From a virus (lineage: Duplodnaviria > Caudoviricetes), in the IMG/VR virus record IMGVR_UViG_3300011441_000002, positions 1 to 43,665 of that record: 43,665 bases of DNA. The stretch is one strand, 5' to 3'. The position numbers and the translations under genes are program-made. The notes beneath the pieces were generated by a model. It was not told the DNA's origin, searched no databases, and saw only the letters and a program-made list of their open reading frames with translations. Below are positions 1 to 7,475 of the stretch, piece after piece (within the stretch, counting starts at the first letter, position 1; each line of letters begins with the position of its first letter).

Positions 1-123
1 CGACGTCAACCCGACGATCACGCCGGACTATCCCGGGCAGATGCGCCGGTTCTTCGCGGCGCTCACGACCCGCGGGCTGCGCGCGGTCTGGAGTCAAGGC
101 GACATCCGCGGCGTACCCGACCG
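1..123. repeat. Terminal direct repeat (circular assembly overlap), copy 1
   Basis: cgacgtcaac...gtacccgaccg is identical to 43543-43665. Confidence 0.97.
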
Positions 124-949
124 ACGCGCCTACATGCAGGACGTCGCCGCGGCAGACGGCGGCACGATCGATTGGATCGACGGGGCGAATGAAGCGTGGC
201 AGACCGGCGAGCCCGACCCCAACAAGCTGGCCGACTTCGTCGGCGCCTACGCCGCGGCCGGTGGGGTCGCGCTCAAGACGCTGACGTCGCCGCCTGGTGA
301 AGGGCAGGACGAACTCAACCGCTACAGCATCGCCCCGGCCGACGCCTTCGACAAGCACGGCTATCGCGGCGGGCACTGCTGGGACAAGCGGCGTCATGCC
401 TGGGGCGTCGGCTACGAGGGCGTGCCGTCGATTGAACGCGGCATCGAAAGCGAGCCGCCCGGGGGCGGGCACCGCGTCAGCGTCACCGAGAACAAGCACG
501 AACTCGACGACGAGTGCGTCGCGCTGCTGGCGTTGGGCAATGCGCTGGGCCGTTCGGCGTTCGTTTGGTTCTCCGGTGAGGGCGTGATCCTCGACCGCGG
601 GCTCGAGACCGAGGCCGGGTTCTGGAGCGTGCCGCGGGCCATGCGCCTGCTGCCGCGGGACGTGATGACCTTCCGCACGACGCACCACTCCGGCGCCTCG
701 TGGCGGGGCACGCGCGTCCTGGCGGCGCAGGGCGACGTGCGCATCGACGGGCGGATCGGCGACGACGGCCGGTTCGCGTACACGATCGATGGTCCGGGTG
801 GCGACCACCGCCTGGCCGTCGACCGATCGTTCACTGGGCAGGTGTGCGATCCAGGGACCGGCGCGTGTGTCGACGTGTCGAAGCAAGCGGGCGAGTCGCT
901 TGACGTGTCGTTTCGGTATGGCCGGCTGTTGGTCGGTCGTCTCCAGTAG
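1..949 (+). CDS. C-terminal part of the junction-spanning lipoprotein (starts at 42935, ~518 aa total); glycoside hydrolase-like domain
   Basis: In frame with the 42935 ORF across the repeat. GANEAW and ESEP acidic motifs resemble clan GH-A TIM barrels. Confidence 0.7.
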   Translation, partial: DVNPTITPDYPGQMRRFFAALTTRGLRAVWSQGDIRGVPDRRAYMQDVAAADGGTIDWIDGANEAWQTGEPDPNKLADFVGAYAAAGGVALKTLTSPPGEGQDELNRYSIAPADAFDKHGYRGGHCWDKRRHAWGVGYEGVPSIERGIESEPPGGGHRVSVTENKHELDDECVALLALGNALGRSAFVWFSGEGVILDRGLETEAGFWSVPRAMRLLPRDVMTFRTTHHSGASWRGTRVLAAQGDVRIDGRIGDDGRFAYTIDGPGGDHRLAVDRSFTGQVCDPGTGACVDVSKQAGESLDVSFRYGRLLVGRLQ

Positions 950-976
950 TCGGTTGGAAAAGAGAGGACACCACCT

Positions 977-1783
977 ATGAATCCGCTAGTCGTCAAATTC
1001 GTCGGATCGTTCGTGCGATGGGCGCTGACCGGGCTCGGCGCGTGGCTCATCGGCCGGGGCATCGTGTCGGACGAAAACCAGTGGCTCGAGTATCTGGGCG
1101 CGCTGCTCGCGTGGGGGCTGCCGCTCGCGTGGAGCGTGATCGAGAAGTTCGGCGCGCGTTCCATGCTCGTCAAAGCGTTGTGGGCGCCGGCCGGCACGAG
1201 CGAGGCGGTCGTCGAGGCGGAACCGACGCCGCCACTGTTGGTTATGGCGAAAAAGGTCGGGGCGCTGTTTTTGGCGTTCCTGCTCGCCGGCTCTGTGACC
1301 GCGTGCAGCAACCGGCCGACGCGCGACGGCCAGCGCATCGCCCCGGAGGCCGAGGCCGCGCTGCGGCTGACGCAGGTCGTCGGCGCGCTCAACGCGCTGA
1401 CCGTGCCGCCCGGCAACAGCCCGGTCGAACGCCTGATCGGTGCCAAGGTCATCACGAACGCCGACGGACAGATCGTCGCCACCGTGATCAAGGAGTCAAT
1501 GGGCTACGCCAAGGATGCCGGGCTCATGCTCGAGGCGTCGCTCACCGCGCGCACCGAGGCCGACAAGGAACGCGGGTGGATGCGCGCGTCGGTGCTCATC
1601 CGCTCGCTAGCCGACAAGCTGGCGTCTGCGCCGATCAGCATCGGCACGCCCGAGGCGCGCAAGGCGGTCGTCGACCTGTTGCGGCTGGCGAGCAGCATGG
1701 TGCTGACTGTCGGCAGCTTCTTGCCGGTGCCGGCGCCCGAGGGGCCGCCGCCGAGCATCGACGACGCGCTCCTGGTGTTCTGA
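977..1783 (+). CDS. Holin-like membrane domain fused to a lipoprotein-like helical domain
   Basis: RBS gagga. Two N-terminal hydrophobic helices, then an internal signal MAKKVGALFLAFLLAGSVTAC. Confidence 0.65.
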   Translation: MNPLVVKFVGSFVRWALTGLGAWLIGRGIVSDENQWLEYLGALLAWGLPLAWSVIEKFGARSMLVKALWAPAGTSEAVVEAEPTPPLLVMAKKVGALFLAFLLAGSVTACSNRPTRDGQRIAPEAEAALRLTQVVGALNALTVPPGNSPVERLIGAKVITNADGQIVATVIKESMGYAKDAGLMLEASLTARTEADKERGWMRASVLIRSLADKLASAPISIGTPEARKAVVDLLRLASSMVLTVGSFLPVPAPEGPPPSIDDALLVF

Positions 1784-1814
1784 CCCGTTCCCGTTCCTGA
1801 AAGGACGTTCCGCT

Positions 1815-2087
1815 ATGAATCCCGCTGCGCTTCTCTCGCTGCTCCAGATCCTTGAGGTCGTCAACTCCGGCATCGCGTCGGTGGCGGCGGCCTGGCGCAA
1901 GGGTCATCCTGACCTGAACGAGAAACACCCCGACGGTAGCTACGTGATTACAGACCTCAAGATCGTGCAGCGCGTCGTCACTGACGCGACCACGGGCTTC
2001 GCGAACGCCGACGCGCTGCTCGACCGGCTCAAGGCGGCGGCGCTGCGGTTGCCGACGCTCGACGACGGCGCGGATGATCACGCATGA
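1815..2087 (+). CDS. Hypothetical helical protein (lysis region)
   Basis: RBS aagga, ATG start, amphipathic N-terminus. Confidence 0.6.
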   Translation: MNPAALLSLLQILEVVNSGIASVAAAWRKGHPDLNEKHPDGSYVITDLKIVQRVVTDATTGFANADALLDRLKAAALRLPTLDDGADDHA

Positions 2088-2151
2088 GTCTGCCGGGCTG
2101 GTGGCTGCTCGAGTGGCTGCGCGGCACTTGGCTCGGGCGCTGGTGGCGACG

Positions 2152-2164
2152 GTAGACTCTGGGC
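2152..2164 (+). promoter_or_regulatory. Putative -10 element (TAGACT) of a leaderless transcript
   Basis: gtagactctgggcATG matches gtagactctccggcGTG in front of cro. Confidence 0.4.
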
Positions 2165-2374
2165 ATGACGCCCCGAAATACCTACTTCCTGCGGTCGGTG
2201 GCCGGCATCGCTCTGTGCACGTCGGTGCAGTGGTCGTGCCCGGAGTACGCCGACATGCGGTCGATCGACTGGGTGCAGATGGTGCTGGTCTTGAGCTATG
2301 TCGCGTCGTATTTCTTCGGCGCGCGTATCGAACCCAGCGACGACGTGCATGCGACGTGCAGGGCCGGCGGCTAA
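2165..2374 (+). CDS. Small membrane protein
   Basis: 69 aa with two hydrophobic stretches; lies next to attP. Confidence 0.45.
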   Translation: MTPRNTYFLRSVAGIALCTSVQWSCPEYADMRSIDWVQMVLVLSYVASYFFGARIEPSDDVHATCRAGG

Positions 2375-2417
2375 TGACCACTAACCCAGGCTAAGCGGCC
2401 ACGGCCAACGGTCAGCG

Positions 2418-2437
2418 AATCCTCAGGAAATCCTCAG
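2418..2437. repeat. Putative integrase arm-type sites
   Basis: Direct repeat aatcctcag at 2418-2426 and 2429-2437, about 30 bp from the att core. Confidence 0.5.
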
Positions 2438-2465
2438 AAGTGGCCCGATCGCCGGTCCTGGCGGT

Positions 2466-2483
2466 TGGCGTCCCCGACGGGAT
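2466..2483 (-). other. attP core identical to a tRNA-Glu-like 3' end
   Basis: Minus strand ATCCCGTCGGGGACGCCA (T-arm 3' side, acceptor stem, CCA). Intergenic and downstream of the integrase. Confidence 0.8.
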
Positions 2484-2484
2484 G

Positions 2485-2760
2485 TCAGCCGCCGGATTCG
2501 TTGGGGTTTTCCTGGCCATCGGCCGGAACGTGCACAGGGCGTGCATCGACGTAAATCCCGTGGCCTCCTGGTTTAAACTTGCAATCGACGAAGGGCTCCC
2601 CGGGCGCAGCTAGAATCGCACCGCTGCGGAACGCGGCGATTCTGTCGAGGACGAGCTGAGCGCGACTAGACAGATCGATGACGTCGACCACGTCTGCGAC
2701 CAACGCGAGCACGTCGATCGCTTCGTCTAGGAGGGCGTCGGCCTGTTGCTGGCGGTCCAT
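2485..2760 (-). CDS. Hypothetical protein between integrase and attP
   Basis: ATG 9 bp after the integrase stop; helical N-terminus. Confidence 0.5.
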   Translation of the reverse strand: MDRQQQADALLDEAIDVLALVADVVDVIDLSSRAQLVLDRIAAFRSGAILAAPGEPFVDCKFKPGGHGIYVDARPVHVPADGQENPNESGG

Positions 2761-2769
2761 GCGCGCATC

Positions 2770-3807
2770 CTACCGCGCCTTGCTCATCCGGTCCACCAGC
2801 GCCCGGTCGACGCCGGTCGGCCGCGTGTAGCGGGCGACGCTCTTGACGTCGGCCCAGCCGCCCAGTGCCATGAGATCCCGCACGGTGGCACCGGCGGCCA
2901 GCGCCCGTGTCGCCCCGGTGTGCCGGAGGGCGTGCCACGTCAGCCCGTCCGGCCGCCCGTAGGGGATGCCCAAGTCGAAGCACGCGAACCGGAACGCCTG
3001 CGTGATGGCGGCCGGCCGCACCGGGCGGCTACCACCAAACACATAGCGGTGTCCGGTAATTAACGGTCCCAGATCGTTAATTGCCGATCTTAGTCGGGTG
3101 CTGACCGGCACGCGGTACGGCGTCGTCTTCGGGTCGGCAATCTCGAAGTGGTCGCCGTGGTCCTGCGCGCGCTGCAGGGTGCAGAGATCGGACAGCCGGA
3201 CCAGTGTATCGACCGCCGCAATGACCAGCGCCCGGTGCGGCATGCTCAAGCGGTTGAGAATCCGCGCCTCATCTTCCAGGCTGAGCACGGGCGGGGCGGC
3301 CCGCCTAGCGTGCAGGCGGCGCATCCCGGCCAGCGGGTTGCTCGGCAGGTAGCGCGGGACGGCGGCGGTCAGCATCGACTTCAGCACGTCCAGCTCCCGG
3401 TTGGCCGTCGCCGGCGCGACCGCCTTGGTGCGCTTGGTCAGGTACTCCCGGGCCGCGGCCTGGTCGAGGCGGTCGAGCGCCCAGCCGCCGAAGTGCTTGC
3501 CGAGGGTGCGGATCATGGACGCCTCTTTGACGGCGCTCCGCTTGGCCGGGGTGACGTGCTTCACGTACCACGCCGCGAAGTAGCGGAAGGTCGCGCGGGT
3601 CGTCTCCACGGGCAGGCCGACGCGCTGGCGGGCGAGATCCGCCATGCGGGCGTGATAGACCTGCTCGGCCAGTCGGCGGTGCTCCTTCATTTGCCCGGGC
3701 GGCAGTCCGCGGCAGGCGATGCGCGTCGCTTCTCGGAGCGGGGGCTTGCCCGCGCGTTCCAGGGTCAACCAGAACCACTTCGAGTCGCGGCGGGTGACGA
3801 CGCCCAA
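2770..3807 (-). CDS. int: Tyrosine integrase
   Basis: Catalytic R (TLVRLSDL), K (DPKT), HxxR (HALRH), LGGW and Y (VARY). SAM-like core-binding region with PATANRELDVLKSML. Confidence 0.95.
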   Translation of the reverse strand: MGVVTRRDSKWFWLTLERAGKPPLREATRIACRGLPPGQMKEHRRLAEQVYHARMADLARQRVGLPVETTRATFRYFAAWYVKHVTPAKRSAVKEASMIRTLGKHFGGWALDRLDQAAAREYLTKRTKAVAPATANRELDVLKSMLTAAVPRYLPSNPLAGMRRLHARRAAPPVLSLEDEARILNRLSMPHRALVIAAVDTLVRLSDLCTLQRAQDHGDHFEIADPKTTPYRVPVSTRLRSAINDLGPLITGHRYVFGGSRPVRPAAITQAFRFACFDLGIPYGRPDGLTWHALRHTGATRALAAGATVRDLMALGGWADVKSVARYTRPTGVDRALVDRMSKAR

Positions 3808-3834
3808 AGACGCTAGCCTCTAGCCGCTAGCCCA

Positions 3835-3852
3835 ATATGCAAAATTGCATAT
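3835..3852. promoter_or_regulatory. AT-rich inverted repeat upstream of int (operator candidate)
   Basis: atatgcaa-aa-ttgcatat with perfect 8-bp arms. Confidence 0.45.
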
Positions 3853-3867
3853 CGATGTATTCCCTGG

Positions 3868-4212
3868 CTAAAACGCACACGCCAGCGTCGTCACCGAGCA
3901 CCGCGCGAGGTTCGGCGTGAACGGCTGGCAGGCCAGCGTCGACGTGTTGGCGTAGAGAAACGTCACCGTGTGCGTGGTGCCGGCGGCGACATCCTGCGCG
4001 CCGGTGACCTGCCCCGGCCCGAGTGTCGCCACGCTGGCCCCGTTGAAGGTGATCGTGTAGGTGCGGGTCGTCGACTGATTGTGAAAGGCGAGTCCGGCGG
4101 TGTTGTTCGCCTGGCAGGCGGCCACCGGCGGCGGGGTCGGCGCTGTCGGCGTGTCGTCGCCTGAGCACGCATTCGTCGCCAGCAGAACCGTGAGCACGAT
4201 CACGCGACGCAT
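3868..4212 (-). CDS. Lipoprotein in the immunity region (superinfection exclusion candidate)
   Basis: Signal and lipobox-like MRRVIVLTVLLATNA-C, PTAPTPPP linker, beta-rich domain with several Cys. RBS-like gaagggg upstream. Confidence 0.75.
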   Translation of the reverse strand: MRRVIVLTVLLATNACSGDDTPTAPTPPPVAACQANNTAGLAFHNQSTTRTYTITFNGASVATLGPGQVTGAQDVAAGTTHTVTFLYANTSTLACQPFTPNLARCSVTTLACAF

Positions 4213-4339
4213 CGTCTGGCCCCTTCCTGACATTGCACGCCGAGGTTGTAATCGCCGAAAAAGGCGCTTGCAGTGCGGCCGAAGTACGGGCATACGAGTC
4301 ACTCGCGCCGTCGTCGTCGTACCGGAGGGAGCCCCCGCA

Positions 4340-4573
4340 ATGCCTCTCGTGAACCTGGATGCTGATGACTACGCCGCGTACTGCCTCTATCGATCGCTGC
4401 CGCCGTTCCTGCGCCATGCGGTGCGCGAGATTGTGCGCGCCATGACGGCTAATCGTGTTCGTCGAGCTTCAACTGCTCCGAAATCGACTCCAGGATCGAC
4501 ACGCGAAACGCCGCCCGACCCTCCAGCTTCAAGCGATCGAACGCCTCCACGATCTCCCGCAGATCCGCACTGA
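4340..4573 (+). CDS. Small protein convergent with and overlapping the repressor (antirepressor candidate)
   Basis: RBS ggaggg before ATG 4340; helical LYRSLPPFLRHAVREIVRAM. Confidence 0.45.
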   Translation: MPLVNLDADDYAAYCLYRSLPPFLRHAVREIVRAMTANRVRRASTAPKSTPGSTRETPPDPPASSDRTPPRSPADPH

Positions 4574-4793
4574 CCGCCACCGGCACCAGCGCGTAGAGCG
4601 CCGGCACCGAGAGGCCGAGCGCCTTCGCCGCCGCGGCGACGGTCGCGCTGTCCGGGCTGGCACTGCCGCGTTCGAGTCGGCCGGCGGTCGCCTTGTTGAG
4701 CCCGGCCTTGTGGGCGAACGTTTCCAGGTCGAGCTTCCGGCGCTTCCGCAGCTTCCGCACGACATCGCCCACCGTCCAGGCCAGCCGTTCCAC
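4449..4793 (-). CDS. XRE/HTH_3 phage repressor (CI-like, no S24 peptidase domain)
   Basis: VRKLRKRRKLDLETFAHKAGLNKATAGRLERG. GTG start at 4793 preceded by aaggag. Divergent from cro. Confidence 0.85.
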   Translation of the reverse strand: MERLAWTVGDVVRKLRKRRKLDLETFAHKAGLNKATAGRLERGSASPDSATVAAAAKALGLSVPALYALVPVAVSADLREIVEAFDRLKLEGRAAFRVSILESISEQLKLDEHD

Positions 4794-4880
4794 GTCTCCT
4801 TGTAACAAAGGAGGCTCACAGCCGTAAAGCGCTGATTCTATTGGCGTTGGCGAATAACGCATAAAAGCATCGAAAATGAC

Positions 4881-4910
4881 TTGACAGCGTCGAACGACCG
4901 GGCGTAGACT
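4881..4910 (+). promoter_or_regulatory. Sigma70-type rightward promoter (PR-like), leaderless cro
   Basis: TTGACA-18 bp-TAGACT, 7 nt before GTG 4918, with no RBS. Confidence 0.75.
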
Positions 4911-4917
4911 CTCCGGC

Positions 4918-5136
4918 GTGATGCAGCGAAAAACGCTTCTGCGCCAGATTCGACGCCATCGAGAGATCACCCTCGAAGCACTCGGCAAGCAGACCGGCAT
5001 CCACTTCTCGACGCTCTCGATGATCGAACGTGGGTTGCTGGTTCCGTCGGCGCCGCAAGCCAACGCGCTCGCGGGTTACTTCGGCAAGCCGATCGACGAA
5101 CTACTCGACGCGGCGCCGGATCACGAGGCGGCGTGA
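4918..5136 (+). CDS. Cro-like HTH repressor
   Basis: LRQIRRHREITLEALGKQTGIHFSTLSMIERG; 72 aa. Confidence 0.88.
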   Translation: MMQRKTLLRQIRRHREITLEALGKQTGIHFSTLSMIERGLLVPSAPQANALAGYFGKPIDELLDAAPDHEAA

Positions 5137-5138
5137 TG

Positions 5139-5336
5139 TCAACGCCGGCCGATCTCGTCCGCGAGTTGCCGCAGCGCCGCGAAGAACACCGCGTCAGCGC
5201 GCGCCCGGTCGCGGGCCGACTGCTCGGCGACGGCGACCAAGTCGACCAACTGCCGTGCCGGTTGCGTGGCGGCTGCGTGCTCGACTGCGCGGCGGTCTGC
5301 GCCGCGTTCATCAGTCAGCGATAGGTGTGTGTCCAT
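5139..5336 (-). CDS. Possible small antisense helical protein
   Basis: Fills the gap between cro and the next gene exactly. A competing + ORF (5133-5324) exists. Confidence 0.3.
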   Translation of the reverse strand: MDTHLSLTDERGADRRAVEHAAATQPARQLVDLVAVAEQSARDRARADAVFFAALRQLADEIGRR

Positions 5337-5700
5337 GACCCCCCATGTACAACCTGCCGTCGTCGTCGCGCGAGATGTAAGAGTTCACCTCCCACGTCGG
5401 CACGCGAAGGCGAGTCGACCCGTGGTGAACAAACTTCACCCGGCGGGCGCGTGGGCGCCCGGCGCGCGGGCCATGCGGCGCGCGATCGATATTGCCGGGC
5501 TGAGCGACAAGGAGGCGGCCGCCGCCGCGGGCACGTCGCCGCAGTACCTGGCGATGATGCTGGCCTGCGGTAAGCGCCCGCAGACCGAGCGGTTCTATGC
5601 GAGTGAGGTGCTGCGCGGGCCGATGCTGGTCGCGCAGGCCGAGCAGGATCCGACGCGGTTCGATGTCGTCACGACGATCACAGTGCGCAGGACGGCATGA
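5335..5700 (+). CDS. HTH protein at the CII position
   Basis: AIDIAGLSDKEAAAAAGTSPQYLAMML HTH; start codon uncertain. Confidence 0.65.
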   Translation: MTPHVQPAVVVARDVRVHLPRRHAKASRPVVNKLHPAGAWAPGARAMRRAIDIAGLSDKEAAAAAGTSPQYLAMMLACGKRPQTERFYASEVLRGPMLVAQAEQDPTRFDVVTTITVRRTA

Positions 5701-5909
5701 GCGAGATCCTCGACCTGCCGCCGGCGCTGCCCGAGTACCTGAACACGCGGGCGCTCGCCGCCTATCTGGGCTACGACAGCCCGTCGGCCGTCGTCAGCGC
5801 GCACAAGTGGATCGCGCGGCACGGCGTGCGCAAGTACTACCGCTCGCAGCGGAGCGTGCTCGTGAAGCGCGCCGACGTTGAGGCGGCACTGAATCGGGGC
5901 TGCGAATGA
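5697..5909 (+). CDS. Excisionase-like winged HTH protein
   Basis: YLNTRALAAYLGY...KWIARHG...LVKRADVEAAL; ATGA overlap. Confidence 0.75.
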   Translation: MSEILDLPPALPEYLNTRALAAYLGYDSPSAVVSAHKWIARHGVRKYYRSQRSVLVKRADVEAALNRGCE

Positions 5910-6079
5910 CCGGCGCGGATTGGCTGGCGCTCTACAGCGTCGGCGCTGGCGGGATGTTCCTGCACGTCTTGCGACGGACGCGGGCGGGCTGGTTATCACT
6001 ACTGTGCGGCATCTTCTGGCCGCTGGCGCTGCTGGCGTGTCTGGCCGAGCCGGACGAGTCGGAGGTCGATACATGGTGA
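5906..6079 (+). CDS. Small membrane protein (57 aa, below the ORF track cutoff)
   Basis: MTGADWLALYSVGAGGMFLHV...GIFWPLALLACL; coupled to both neighbours. Confidence 0.55.
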   Translation: MTGADWLALYSVGAGGMFLHVLRRTRAGWLSLLCGIFWPLALLACLAEPDESEVDTW

Positions 6080-6201
6080 ACGACGACCGCGAGTACACCG
6101 CCTGGACGCGCTGGGTTGAGGACCACGTCGACCGTACGCCGTGGCCCGTCGGTGCGGGGGTGCTGCTGGCCGTGTTCGTGCTGGCGTTGCTGCGGTTCTG
6201 A
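6073..6201 (+). CDS. Small protein with a C-terminal membrane anchor
   Basis: RBS ggagg; MVNDDREY...VLLAVFVLALLRF. Confidence 0.5.
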   Translation: MVNDDREYTAWTRWVEDHVDRTPWPVGAGVLLAVFVLALLRF

Positions 6202-6202
6202 T

Positions 6203-6379
6203 ATGGAGCGCGCCACGGTCAGCATTATGAAAGCGTGCGAACTCGTCGGGATCAGCCGGCGCACGCTCTACAACTGGATCGCGGCGGGGAAGGTCGAGTA
6301 CGTCCGCACCGCGGGCGGCAGCATTCGGGTGTTCGTCGACTCGTTGTGGCGGCAGCCGGACGGGTCGCGTCCGCAATAG
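6203..6379 (+). CDS. Excisionase-family (HTH_17) DNA-binding protein
   Basis: MERATVSIMKACELVGISRRTLYNWIAAGKVEYVRTAGGSIRVFVDSLW. Confidence 0.85.
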   Translation: MERATVSIMKACELVGISRRTLYNWIAAGKVEYVRTAGGSIRVFVDSLWRQPDGSRPQ

Positions 6380-6386
6380 AAAACGA

Positions 6387-6410
6387 AAGGCGCCGCTGGT
6401 ACGGCGCCTT
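6387..6410. terminator. Hairpin, likely terminator (U-tract on the minus strand)
   Basis: aaggcgccg-ctggta-cggcgcctt preceded by an A-rich tract. Confidence 0.55.
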
Positions 6411-6436
6411 GAGATGCCGCAGGGAGGCGGCACCCA

Positions 6437-6832
6437 ATGCCCGAGATTCTACCTGTTCTTGAAGGGATGCGACAGCGGCTAGCAACCGATGCGACGTGGA
6501 CGCAGGGCGCGCTGGCCCGCAGATCGACCGGGGCACAGTGCGACCCACGGGCGCCGGAGGCGGTGAGCTGGTGCATCCTCGGCGCGGCGATGGCGTGCGC
6601 GGCGACGCTGGCCGAGGCCGACGCGGCGCTCGAAACGCTGTTCATCGTCAACGCGGCGGACTGGAACGACCGGCCGAGCCGGTGCCATCGTGACGTGCTG
6701 CACGCGATTGACAGCGGCATCGACCAGTTGACCGTGCGCCCGGGGCGGTGTCTGCTGCCCGACGAGTTAGGGCAGGCGACGGCCGCCCAGGTGCTGCTTG
6801 ACGCCGTCGACCGGGCGCTGGTGGGTGTGTGA
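6437..6832 (+). CDS. Phage hypothetical protein (DUF6197-like)
   Basis: WTQGALAR...WCILGA...WND motifs; RBS ggagg. Confidence 0.65.
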   Translation: MPEILPVLEGMRQRLATDATWTQGALARRSTGAQCDPRAPEAVSWCILGAAMACAATLAEADAALETLFIVNAADWNDRPSRCHRDVLHAIDSGIDQLTVRPGRCLLPDELGQATAAQVLLDAVDRALVGV

Positions 6833-7104
6833 TGACGCTGGCCGCCGCCGTCGTCAGTCTCCGTTCTTACGCCGACAGTGGCCGGCCGACTGGGGGTTTC
6901 CTTCGGGCCGTGCTCGAAAACGACCTCATGGAAGCCGTCGGCCGCGCGGACCATTCGTCGCTCGTCAATCTGGCCGATATCTGCCGGTATGTCTATAACG
7001 ACATCCCGGCACCGTGCCACGGCTCGCCCGAGAAGGTCAGCGAGTGGCTGCAGATGCACGCCGAGAAGCGGCTCGCGGTCGCGGCTGAGCGGGGGGGTGC
7101 GTGA
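6829..7104 (+). CDS. Conserved phage hypothetical protein
   Basis: PTGGFLRAVLENDLMEAVGRAD...CHGSPEKVSEW. Confidence 0.7.
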   Translation: MMTLAAAVVSLRSYADSGRPTGGFLRAVLENDLMEAVGRADHSSLVNLADICRYVYNDIPAPCHGSPEKVSEWLQMHAEKRLAVAAERGGA

Positions 7105-7475
7105 TGGCGTGTCCCCACCAGAGCGAGCCCGGCGTGTGCCGCGCCTGCCCGCCGCCTCCTTCGAGCCCACCGGCGCCGCCGGTGCAGCGCCACGATCTCG
7201 TCACGGATTGGCGCTGGTGCGATCGGCGCTACCGCGTGATCTACGACGGCGATGCCGTCTGGTACAACCAGCCGTCGACCGCGCGCTGGCTGACGTCGAT
7301 TGAACGCGACGGCCGGCGCCTGTGGACACACGCCACGCACGGCCCGGCCGACGTCGCCGGCTTCGCCCAGACAGCCTACACCGACCGCGAGTTGACGGCG
7401 CTGGCCGCCATGCAGGCCGCCACCGCGTCGCTCCGTCGGCGGCTCGCCATCCCAGACAGACAGGAGACGACGTAA
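7101..7475 (+). CDS. Hypothetical protein
   Basis: Overlap-coupled ORF in the early operon. Confidence 0.5.
   Translation: MMACPHQSEPGVCRACPPPPSSPPAPPVQRHDLVTDWRWCDRRYRVIYDGDAVWYNQPSTARWLTSIERDGRRLWTHATHGPADVAGFAQTAYTDRELTALAAMQAATASLRRRLAIPDRQETT

Noticed and set aside
2074-2394. 106-aa ORF overlapping the 2165 gene
   Set aside because: Arg-rich with no clear features. The 2165 frame has a promoter-like element and a membrane-protein pattern.
2466-2540. Complete tRNA gene
   Set aside because: Only the last 18 nt resemble a tRNA. No D-arm, anticodon arm or TTC loop is present upstream.
2611-2644. agaatcgc...gcgattct inverted repeat as the att core or a terminator
   Set aside because: It lies inside the 2485-2760 ORF and has no U-tract; the tRNA-like 18-mer is a better core.
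4794-5063. 204-aa extended repressor as called in the ORF track
   Set aside because: The extension overlaps cro and its promoter; GTG 4793 has a good SD.
5424-5440. ggtgaa-caaac-ttcacc palindrome as an operator
   Set aside because: A single copy within coding sequence, with no matching site found in the repressor/cro intergenic region.
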